DNA of 64,000 nucleotides from a virus, in IMG/VR virus record IMGVR_UViG_3300024358_000010. The stretch is one strand, 5' to 3'. Numbering within the stretch: the first letter of the stretch is position 1; each line of letters opens with the position of its first letter. Below are positions 57,110 to 64,000 of this stretch, one piece after another. The position numbers and the translations under genes were made by a program. Under the pieces are notes generated by a model, which saw only the letters and a program-made list of their open reading frames with translations, searched no databases and was not told the origin of the DNA.

Positions 57110-58009
57110 TTATAGACCGTGATGATGTTTAAAATGTGCAACACCGCGATCTACGACCGCGTCTTCGTGTGCTTTCAATTTACGTAGATCGCCACTCAGA
57201 GCATCTTCATACGTACTAGAAACCTTGTCGTTAAGCGCCTCGTGGCGAGCTGTTGTCGCGTCGTCTTTAGGTTTAGCGTTGCTATTATCGTACTCGTAAT
57301 AAAGAATATCACCGGGGGATGTAGCAGAAACAGTCTTGTGATGACCGTATGCGCCCAGATTCAAAGCTTGAACATCGCCAACTAGATGGGGTTTTAGTGC
57401 CAAATTGTCGTGATCGTGAAAAACAGTAGGACCATGTTTGCCCTCATGATAAGGATCGATATTTGCTCCTATTGCTCTACTTAAACCCTTTACAGCCTCA
57501 ATGCCGTGATGATCATGCACATCTTTTAAATTTTTAACAGAATCATCCAGATGACGATCAAAGGCATTGCGTAGATCTTCATGACTAAATCTTAGTCCAC
57601 CATGATGGGGCATATCTGAGGCTTTAAAAGCATCTGCAGCCTTATTTTGCAAGTAACTAAGGTGCCCTAAATCAATGGATCCAGGGCTAGCATTGTTTAC
57701 TAAATCTCTTATAGCACCAGAATGCTGCTGCAACGCCCGCGGAGACTTAGCATCAAGAGCGTCGTGATAATCAGCAAACATTTTATTAAGTTTAGCATTG
57801 TATTGAGTTTTGTTAGGTGCAGAATTCGCATCCACACAGGTGTAGTGGTGCATTTTGTCGTTTCTCATAGAGCCACCGCATATACATGCGTTTTGAGAAA
57901 TATGAGGTGCTTTTTCCCATATGGCTTTACTTAAAAGCTGCCATTGACCGTTTGATTTTACGAGCAATTCTTCTTTGTGCGTTTTTAACGACTTGATTAA
58001 ATTATTCAT
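57110..58009 (-). CDS. His-rich putative internal head protein
   Basis: N-terminus NLIKS..LLVKSNGQWQLLSKA shares the NGQW motif with ORF 37746. Confidence 0.6.
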   Translation of the reverse strand: MNNLIKSLKTHKEELLVKSNGQWQLLSKAIWEKAPHISQNACICGGSMRNDKMHHYTCVDANSAPNKTQYNAKLNKMFADYHDALDAKSPRALQQHSGAIRDLVNNASPGSIDLGHLSYLQNKAADAFKASDMPHHGGLRFSHEDLRNAFDRHLDDSVKNLKDVHDHHGIEAVKGLSRAIGANIDPYHEGKHGPTVFHDHDNLALKPHLVGDVQALNLGAYGHHKTVSATSPGDILYYEYDNSNAKPKDDATTARHEALNDKVSSTYEDALSGDLRKLKAHEDAVVDRGVAHFKHHHGL

Positions 58010-58541
58010 ATCGATCTCTTGGTGGCTTTGTTTTCAAATTTAAAAAATTAAAGAAATCGTTTTCGCTTTTAAATGTCAACTTTTCATTGGTTGATTTAAT
58101 CAATATAAAAGCTGGATTTTTCCACGACATTCCTTGACTTTCAAGGCTGTTTCTAATTCTACCATTATGGGCAGCCGACCCGGTTGCAAAAACTAAAACA
58201 TTTCCAAGGTTTTCATCAGTGTACGGAAATATATCTAATACTATTATCTTTCTTATATTAAAAAATTTAATCTTTTTAAGATACTGTCTGCTAAGAGTTG
58301 CATTGTGATTTCTCATAGGGTTCAGGAACCAGCCCATGCTTTTCATTTTAGAATCAAGATCTTGCATAAGATGTGCTGGAATTACGAGATCGATATCGCC
58401 GCAAATAAATTTAGATCTCCTATACGAACCTGCGATTAGGTATCCGTTTATGTTAAGTTTAAAAGTTATAAACTTTACAATAAGATATACGATAAATCTT
58501 GGTAATTTTAATTGCAAATTATTTGGCACCGATATAGCCAT
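58002..58541 (-). CDS. minimal DNA polymerase X (Pol beta-like nucleotidyltransferase)
   Basis: AGSYRR..CGDIDLVI, third Asp in VLDIF, FATGSAAHN..IR, SENDFF.FL...PRDR; 179 aa; very AT-rich. Confidence 0.88.
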   Translation of the reverse strand: MAISVPNNLQLKLPRFIVYLIVKFITFKLNINGYLIAGSYRRSKFICGDIDLVIPAHLMQDLDSKMKSMGWFLNPMRNHNATLSRQYLKKIKFFNIRKIIVLDIFPYTDENLGNVLVFATGSAAHNGRIRNSLESQGMSWKNPAFILIKSTNEKLTFKSENDFFNFLNLKTKPPRDRYE

Positions 58542-58566
58542 AATGCACTCTCTAATATTAATAATA

Positions 58567-59514
58567 TTAAATCGTTATAACGTCATCGATATCAGTAAGA
58601 TGCTGCAATTCTACCCAACCTCGTTGAGTCCAAACCTTATGGTCAAGCGTTCCTTCGATTATTCTTCCATCTTCTAACTCTACTCTGACACATTCCGCAT
58701 CTTCAAGTTGATTGTCTATTACTTCAACAAAACCAATAGTATTTTTAATTAAATCCCCTGGTTTAAAATCCGCTAATATTTTTGGCACACCATTGCCATC
58801 GATTGACATAGTACAAGAAGTTAAACAGGCTTTTAATGTGCATGGAATCACTTCAAGTGTGACCTTCTCACCCGTAACATTAAATACCGATTTTTCCATC
58901 GTAAATTTTTCAAGAATACGGTCGGCTTCTTGTGTTTTAGGTGGCAAAATTAACGGTTTAATTCTGTCGGACATCAGAAACTTTTGCTGATACTCGTAGC
59001 ATCGTTTTGCCTGTGATAGAATCGCACCCACATGAACAACATCGCGCTGATCGTGCAAAAGTATTAGAAGTTCGGCGATAGCCATGCCAAGTGTTTTTCC
59101 AGAGCCCCTACCGGCAACGTATAGCAACTCTTGCACATTTTGCGGATTATCGTTGTTAACGCAAATATTATAAGCTTCCCATATCGCGTGAAAAGGCGTC
59201 GTATCCGCATAGCGGGAAACCTTGCAATCTGGCAGCTGGAGGTTAAAAAAGTATTTAATATAGTTCTTTAGATCTTTCTCTGTTCGGCACGGCGTAAGAA
59301 AGATCTTTTCGAGCTGCGCCATTGTCAGGTGTGCGGCTCTCTCAGACATTCTCTGAGAAGCTTGCTGCTGCTTTGCGACCTTAGTTAAGGCCGTCTGCTC
59401 GGCGCGCTTCTTAGGAAGCTCGATAAACTTCTTATAATGGTTGCCGCAGTAACCTTTTGCCTTGATCGGCTTACCGCACCCGGTGACTGAGCAAAACTTA
59501 GACTCGTCACTCAT
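58567..59514 (-). CDS. terminase large subunit, N-terminal part, fused to IntN of a split intein
   Basis: Walker A AGRGSGKT, GAILSQA; aa 230-315 are IntN; N-terminal CxxxGC..GYCxxHY finger. Confidence 0.9.
   Translation of the reverse strand: MSDESKFCSVTGCGKPIKAKGYCGNHYKKFIELPKKRAEQTALTKVAKQQQASQRMSERAAHLTMAQLEKIFLTPCRTEKDLKNYIKYFFNLQLPDCKVSRYADTTPFHAIWEAYNICVNNDNPQNVQELLYVAGRGSGKTLGMAIAELLILLHDQRDVVHVGAILSQAKRCYEYQQKFLMSDRIKPLILPPKTQEADRILEKFTMEKSVFNVTGEKVTLEVIPCTLKACLTSCTMSIDGNGVPKILADFKPGDLIKNTIGFVEVIDNQLEDAECVRVELEDGRIIEGTLDHKVWTQRGWVELQHLTDIDDVITI
58570..58827 (-). other. split intein N-fragment (IntN, 86 aa)
   Basis: Block A CLTSCT..., block B GTLDHKVWT, GWV...L...D, then stop. Confidence 0.88.
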
Positions 59515-60124
59515 CTTCTGGGTCCTGGACTAATTGGGCCAAGAGAACAGACTCGTCGGCTGGTTCTGGTTTGGGTAGGGCTTTAGGTTTGCTTGATTTA
59601 GACAAAAGTTTAGGTTGATCAGTCTCTGCAGGAGCAGAAAGGGCTCTAACTGAGTCTGCGACTTTCGCCAGCATCTCTATTACCTGCTGGTATTCTTTTA
59701 AACTTTTGATTCTCATCTGAGGAGGAGGCGCTTTAGAAGGATCTTGGAGATACTTGCGCATCTCCTCCATGTTCTCTGTGGTAGAGACAGACACCATGTC
59801 TGTAAGAAACTCAACCTGCTCGACGGTGGATTTAACTATGCGGGCCCGAATCCTGTCATATATTGAGTTGGCTAACTTTTCACGATCTTTAACCCACCCG
59901 TTTAAGGCAGCCGTCAGCGAGATTTTTCCCAAAGAATATTGGGGAAATTTCCTGCTTAGATCTTCTAACGAATAGCCAAGCAGGAAAAGTTCGTAAACGG
60001 GCATAGCCTCTTGCTTGCCCATGGCGCCTGCGGTCTTATGCTGACGAAGATACTTTTCGGCCTCGCGGACCTGATCGAAACTAAGTCCGTAGCGTTCTTC
60101 AGCGTTCAGTCTCTTTTTTAGCAA
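59507..60124 (-). CDS. putative terminase small subunit
   Basis: Helical/HTH-like protein directly upstream of TerL-N. Confidence 0.5.
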   Translation of the reverse strand: MLKKRLNAEERYGLSFDQVREAEKYLRQHKTAGAMGKQEAMPVYELFLLGYSLEDLSRKFPQYSLGKISLTAALNGWVKDREKLANSIYDRIRARIVKSTVEQVEFLTDMVSVSTTENMEEMRKYLQDPSKAPPPQMRIKSLKEYQQVIEMLAKVADSVRALSAPAETDQPKLLSKSSKPKALPKPEPADESVLLAQLVQDPEDE

Positions 60125-60506
60125 GCGCTTTCTCCCATATAGGATGGGTAGAGATGTTGTTTATCATCTGCTGCAGACGTAACATCTCGATCATCTTATA
60201 CTTGGAAACTTGCTCTTTTGTAAACCCTATAACAAGCAAGATCATAACTGATCTTTCCAGTTCGGTAAAATTATCTAATAATTCCAACATCTCGGACGTT
60301 GGTGGTGACTGTAAGTAATTAATAAGATTACTTATTATGATGTCGTTGGCGTCATTCCTGCTCTTAATCTCGATGAATCTAGACGACAGGTCGAAGTAGG
60401 GATCTTCCAAATAGGCTACCCACAGATCTTGTCTCTCGTCCTCATCTTGGGACAGAGTCTCGATCTTTCTTTGAATCATCATTAAATGTGGGTCCTTGAT
60501 CCTCAT
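60099..60506 (-). CDS. minimal sigma-like/HTH protein
   Basis: DEDERQDLWVAYLE and FTELERSVMILL..GFTKEQVS resemble sigma regions 2 and 4. Confidence 0.45.
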   Translation of the reverse strand: MRIKDPHLMMIQRKIETLSQDEDERQDLWVAYLEDPYFDLSSRFIEIKSRNDANDIIISNLINYLQSPPTSEMLELLDNFTELERSVMILLVIGFTKEQVSKYKMIEMLRLQQMINNISTHPIWEKALAKKETER

Positions 60507-60888
60507 ACTCCGAGCTTTCTTTTAACTCAAGATCGACACTCCAAGTCGGTCCGCAGTAGGTTTTTACAAAACCGTTCAATATCTTTAAAAATTCTAAATT
60601 ACCATGGCGCTTAAGAAGTCGCTTAAGCTTCCACATACCGAGTATGGAGTCGGTGTTTTTAAGCGCAATATATCTATTATAATCTTTTAGTAAAGAAAGA
60701 TCAGCATAGAGTGTGTATTTTATGAGCTTAGTGTTTGAATCTACAGACAATTCTACTGCTGTAATACCTTTATTTATTATGGCCCCATAAAGGTACAAAC
60801 TGTCTTTAGTTTGATCAGTAAACAGACCGTTATTGAGGAGCCACCTGTGCTGATCTAGCAGCTCGTGTACGTTGGCGTTGGTGTTCAT
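60442..60888 (-). CDS. hypothetical protein
   Basis: ATGA overlap with the upstream gene. Confidence 0.65.
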   Translation of the reverse strand: MNTNANVHELLDQHRWLLNNGLFTDQTKDSLYLYGAIINKGITAVELSVDSNTKLIKYTLYADLSLLKDYNRYIALKNTDSILGMWKLKRLLKRHGNLEFLKILNGFVKTYCGPTWSVDLELKESSEYEDQGPTFNDDSKKDRDSVPR

Positions 60889-61862
60889 TGCTGCTCCGTG
60901 TACCTTTTAAGTATACTCTTAAGTTCATATTTATCAATCGCGCCTGAGTAAATTTTGTCTACGTACTGTTCAGCCATACTGTAAATAGTAGGCGCAGATA
61001 TTTGCGTGCGATTTGACTTAATCGTGTCTGTGAATTCAGTTTTAAAGACAACTTGAGTTCTTCGTTTTAAATCTAAAATCTTATCGGACTCCAGTAGAGC
61101 TTTGATCTCAGCGCGTGGACCTATTAGTTTTACTACCCAACGATCTGTTTCATTTAGCTCTAAAGAAGTAGATTCAGCTAAATCAAAATCTAAGGTACGC
61201 CACATAGGGAACGGTGACTCAATAAACGTCCAGGACATAGAATCTGTATCTAAGAAGGAGATTCCTTTGACCTGGTTTGCATCAGAAGCCGTGAGACTCG
61301 TCGGAGTTCCGGGATATACAACATGTCCCTCATTGAGCGACTGTTTCTTGTGGATATGTCCAGAGACCACAGTGTATCCCTGAACCTGAACAAGTGGTAT
61401 ACCATCGTCTGCAAATTTGAACCCATAGTCAGCGCCTATAAATGTGTTGTGAGTTACAGCTATATCCGTTTTAATATCTGGCCAATCTAGAGGATTGGGT
61501 AGATAAGGGATGTAGGTAGCACCGTCTAATTGAATTATTGAATCAACTACTGTTACGCCCTTAACATCCCTAAAAACCTCTAAAGCGTGATATTTGCTGC
61601 AGTTAGGCTTCCACATATCGTGGTTACCGAGCAACATAACCATCGGTATCTTCATATCAACCACACGAAGGATATGAGAGTTAACCAGAGACAAGACTTC
61701 AGCACGTATAACGGCGTGATCGTCAAAGGTGTCGCCGAGATTGACGATCAGATCTGGCTTATGCTCCTCTGCCGCACTTTCAATCCAAGAAAGAAGCTTC
61801 TCACCCTCGGAGAGATGGGTATGACGGATATGTGGGTCACCTATGAACATAATCTTAGACAC
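60885..61862 (-). CDS. metallophosphoesterase nuclease (SbcD/Mre11/gp47-like)
   Basis: GDPH, LGDTFD, GNHD, SGHIH and YPGT motifs. Confidence 0.9.
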   Translation of the reverse strand: MSKIMFIGDPHIRHTHLSEGEKLLSWIESAAEEHKPDLIVNLGDTFDDHAVIRAEVLSLVNSHILRVVDMKIPMVMLLGNHDMWKPNCSKYHALEVFRDVKGVTVVDSIIQLDGATYIPYLPNPLDWPDIKTDIAVTHNTFIGADYGFKFADDGIPLVQVQGYTVVSGHIHKKQSLNEGHVVYPGTPTSLTASDANQVKGISFLDTDSMSWTFIESPFPMWRTLDFDLAESTSLELNETDRWVVKLIGPRAEIKALLESDKILDLKRRTQVVFKTEFTDTIKSNRTQISAPTIYSMAEQYVDKIYSGAIDKYELKSILKRYTEQQ

Positions 61863-62007
61863 GGTATTTCTCCATGCGCTCTGCCCAGCGTATCAATCTT
61901 GGATCTAATAACTTTGGCGGAACAGTCAACTTTAACTTGAAGAACACAGTTATGCCGCGCAGGACAACTAGCCTTATCGAGGGTCTGCTATGTTGAATCT
62001 GATCCAC
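61855..62007 (-). CDS. 50-aa hypothetical protein (below ORF-track cutoff)
   Basis: GTG start; MDQIQHSRPSIRLVVLRGITVFFKLKL...; overlaps the start of the next gene. Confidence 0.45.
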   Translation of the reverse strand: MDQIQHSRPSIRLVVLRGITVFFKLKLTVPPKLLDPRLIRWAERMEKYRV

Positions 62008-62173
62008 GATCCGTCGCCTTTCTAGTTGCGGCTATAATAACAGCATCATATATGCCGCTATTAATCTGGCGCGGATTGCCAACAGATAAGCGCAACTTAC
62101 ACGCCACGTCCATAACATTCATTATGAGCGCAGCGTTCAGCCAAAACAAGGTTTCCCTGTCGTGAGGGCTCAC
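61988..62173 (-). CDS. hypothetical protein
   Basis: GTGA overlap with the recA stop. Confidence 0.5.
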   Translation of the reverse strand: MSPHDRETLFWLNAALIMNVMDVACKLRLSVGNPRQINSGIYDAVIIAATRKATDRGSDST

Positions 62174-63270
62174 AGAGCTTCCTCAAGCCCGTCATCAACA
62201 AAACCAAGAGAATCTGTCTCCACTTTTACGTCCTGATACTCATAACAGGCACTAAGGATGCGGTTTTGGAGATCTTTGTCTGCCACAACCATGTTCTTGA
62301 TATTCTGCTCGCCGCGTACTGGTGCGTCATTGCCGAAACACCACATTTGTGGATTTTCGCGACCGGTTTCAGGATTAACTGGATGCCTGATTACGCCTAG
62401 CGCTTTTGCCAGTTCGAATATCTCGCCGCCGGTGTCGATGACGCCAAGATCATAGTGAAAAGTAAACTCGGCCTGGCGGGCGGGTGCGCCCATGCGATTC
62501 TTCTTGACCTTAACACGAACTTTATGGCCAACCTGTGCAGCAGCGCCGGTAATTGTCTCACCGTGCTCAATCACGCCTTTCTTTGAGTCGACGCGGGTGA
62601 TCTCAAGCATCAAATCCGCAGCATGCTTGAGGGCGTGACCCTCAGAGATAACGTATGGGTTGCGGAGAGCCTTCATTGGATCCATTTGCGCAGTTACCTG
62701 CTGTATAAAGAAAGTCAACAACTTATGCTCTGCGATTACAGGTATGACGAGTTTAAGAGCGCTGCCGAGATACTGGGAACCGCTGCCGCCCATAATCTGA
62801 TCAGTGGTTTGCTTGCGGACGTCTTTTGGATATCTGATTGCCTTGATTGAATCAATCACAATGGCCTTAATTGGTGCGCCATCTTGAATCAATTCAAGCA
62901 TCTCGCCGCCAATATAATCAAAGATTTTGATCGGATCATTTGATTTTCTGACTACGAGACGATCCGGATCACCGCCCAACTTGGTGAACATCTGCGCATT
63001 AAACGAGTATTCGGCGTCAAACCAGATAGCAAGCGCCTCTGGGTCTCGTCTCTGCATCTCAATTAGACCCATCATAGCAAGCATAGACTTACCGGATGAC
63101 TCTGGTCCGTAAAGAATATTCACCTTGCTAGGAAGAAAGCCTCCCTGGCAGGTTGCCCAGTTTAAAGATGGGCTCCAAGATGGTATTGGATCAGGTCTTT
63201 GCATCTTTAGTTTAGATGCGGCGACTCCAAGATCTGATGTTAATTTAGACATCCATTTATTAGTACTCAT
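62170..63270 (-). CDS. recA: RecA/UvsX-like recombinase
   Basis: YGPESSGKS, FDAEY, IVIDS, VKKNRMGAP. Confidence 0.93.
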   Translation of the reverse strand: MSTNKWMSKLTSDLGVAASKLKMQRPDPIPSWSPSLNWATCQGGFLPSKVNILYGPESSGKSMLAMMGLIEMQRRDPEALAIWFDAEYSFNAQMFTKLGGDPDRLVVRKSNDPIKIFDYIGGEMLELIQDGAPIKAIVIDSIKAIRYPKDVRKQTTDQIMGGSGSQYLGSALKLVIPVIAEHKLLTFFIQQVTAQMDPMKALRNPYVISEGHALKHAADLMLEITRVDSKKGVIEHGETITGAAAQVGHKVRVKVKKNRMGAPARQAEFTFHYDLGVIDTGGEIFELAKALGVIRHPVNPETGRENPQMWCFGNDAPVRGEQNIKNMVVADKDLQNRILSACYEYQDVKVETDSLGFVDDGLEEAL

Positions 63271-63281
63271 ACCAATTTCCT

Positions 63282-63752
63282 TTATTTCATCCCTTCCCAG
63301 GGCGTCATGTAACCGTCTTCTGACAACTTTTTGACGGCATCGATTGCGAATCTAAACTCTTGAACCTTGTTTCTCAACAGCAAAGATAGAGCTTGAGCTC
63401 TCGCGTATATATCTTTAGCTCTCTGAACATCAGGGTCTAAGGCAACATAGGCCTTACGCGACTCAACCGTGGGCTTTTCCCCTTTAACCTTAAAATAATC
63501 CGGTGCTCGGTCAAGATACGCGATAGCCTCTGCCGTATCCAAAGCTGCCTTAGCGTTGAGTTCGGCTTGGACTGCTTTCGCGTGCATCACGGATGACACA
63601 TCGTAGGCGATGATGAAGTCCCGCAGATACACGGGAGCCATCATCTTGTTAAAGCCTTGGCCAATATCGCTCAGCTTGCGAGAAAAAGCTGCTATATGCT
63701 TTAGGTCGATCGAGTCCAGATTAGACTCGATGACCTGAAGATCGTGACTCAC
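63282..63752 (-). CDS. UvsY-like recombination mediator
   Basis: Helical; KPTVESRKAYVALDPDV; sits between the SSB and RecA genes. Confidence 0.55.
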   Translation of the reverse strand: MSHDLQVIESNLDSIDLKHIAAFSRKLSDIGQGFNKMMAPVYLRDFIIAYDVSSVMHAKAVQAELNAKAALDTAEAIAYLDRAPDYFKVKGEKPTVESRKAYVALDPDVQRAKDIYARAQALSLLLRNKVQEFRFAIDAVKKLSEDGYMTPWEGMK

Positions 63753-63760
63753 GATTCACC

Positions 63761-64000
63761 TCAATTGTCGAGGAGTGACTCTGCGAATGCGAAAATTTCG
63801 TCGTCAGATGACGGCTGCTTAACACTCTTCGCTGGCGCTGCGACTTTTTTAGTCTTGGCGACTGCAGGGACTTCCTGCTCATCATCCTCATCGTCAAAGC
63901 GAATATTCAGGGGCTTCTTGACTGGCGCCTTATATTCTTCAACTTCCTCGTCTTCAACCCTTGCGGTCTTTACCGCTTTAACAGGCTTAGGCGCCTCAAC
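63761..64000 (-). CDS. C-terminal part of a probable ssDNA-binding protein (partial)
   Basis: Hand-translated ...RFDDEDDEQEVPAVAK...SSDDEIFAFAESLLDN*; acidic-hydrophobic tail, upstream of uvsY/recA. Confidence 0.6.
   Translation of the reverse strand, partial: VEAPKPVKAVKTARVEDEEVEEYKAPVKKPLNIRFDDEDDEQEVPAVAKTKKVAAPAKSVKQPSSDDEIFAFAESLLDN

Noticed and set aside
57110-58541. Intervening genes as a homing endonuclease or group I intron in terL
   Set aside because: No LAGLIDADG, HNH or GIY-YIG motifs and no intron-like non-coding structure; both TerL halves have their own start, stop and intein motifs
61841-61990. Possible TAG readthrough or recoding: the frame of ORF 61988 stays open for 48 codons after TAG
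   Set aside because: A separate 50-aa ORF (61855-62007) explains the gap, and TAG ends many tightly packed genes elsewhere, so the standard code fits
1-64000. tRNA or rRNA genes
   Set aside because: Intergenic gaps are short and I saw no cloverleaf or T-loop signature; tRNAscan-SE would be needed to exclude them

Overview
A 64-kb segment of a large tailed dsDNA phage genome. The head proteins resemble SPO1/Twort-type (Herelleviridae-like) ones; the host is unknown but probably Gram-negative. A + strand block (1-22.8 kb) encodes an ATP-dependent DNA ligase, two AAA+ ATPases (one MoxR-type with a metallopeptidase-VWA partner), two ClpP-like proteases, two lytic transglycosylases, peptide deformylase, ThyX, a ThyA-fold enzyme with the dCMP-specific Asp, a degenerate ThyX, dCMP deaminase, UDG-like and DenV-like glycosylases, and many small ORFs. 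It converges at a bidirectional terminator (~22.86 kb) with a - strand block. Read in transcription order, that block holds an SSB tail, UvsY-like, RecA/UvsX, Mre11-like nuclease, terminase, portal, a dNMP kinase, prohead protease, scaffold, major capsid protein, homing endonucleases, probable internal head proteins, a neck protein, fibre proteins, a 2,347-aa 16xFn3 protein and a holin-like gene. The main finding is that the large terminase is fractured into two genes carrying the two halves of a naturally split intein. The genes between the halves are a minimal PolX and a probable head-cargo protein rather than a homing endonuclease, and a hairpin abuts the RBS of the second half. Other highlights are a shared L-x-K-[SAG]/NGQW/EGVNEMAKE peptide code across head proteins, a probable cytosine-modification pathway, a domain shared by a small capsid-linked gene and the giant Fn3 protein, a 19-bp motif upstream of the VWA gene with a variant upstream of the MoxR gene, and a tandem family of micro-ORFs. 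All assignments come from motif recognition by eye; no searches were run.
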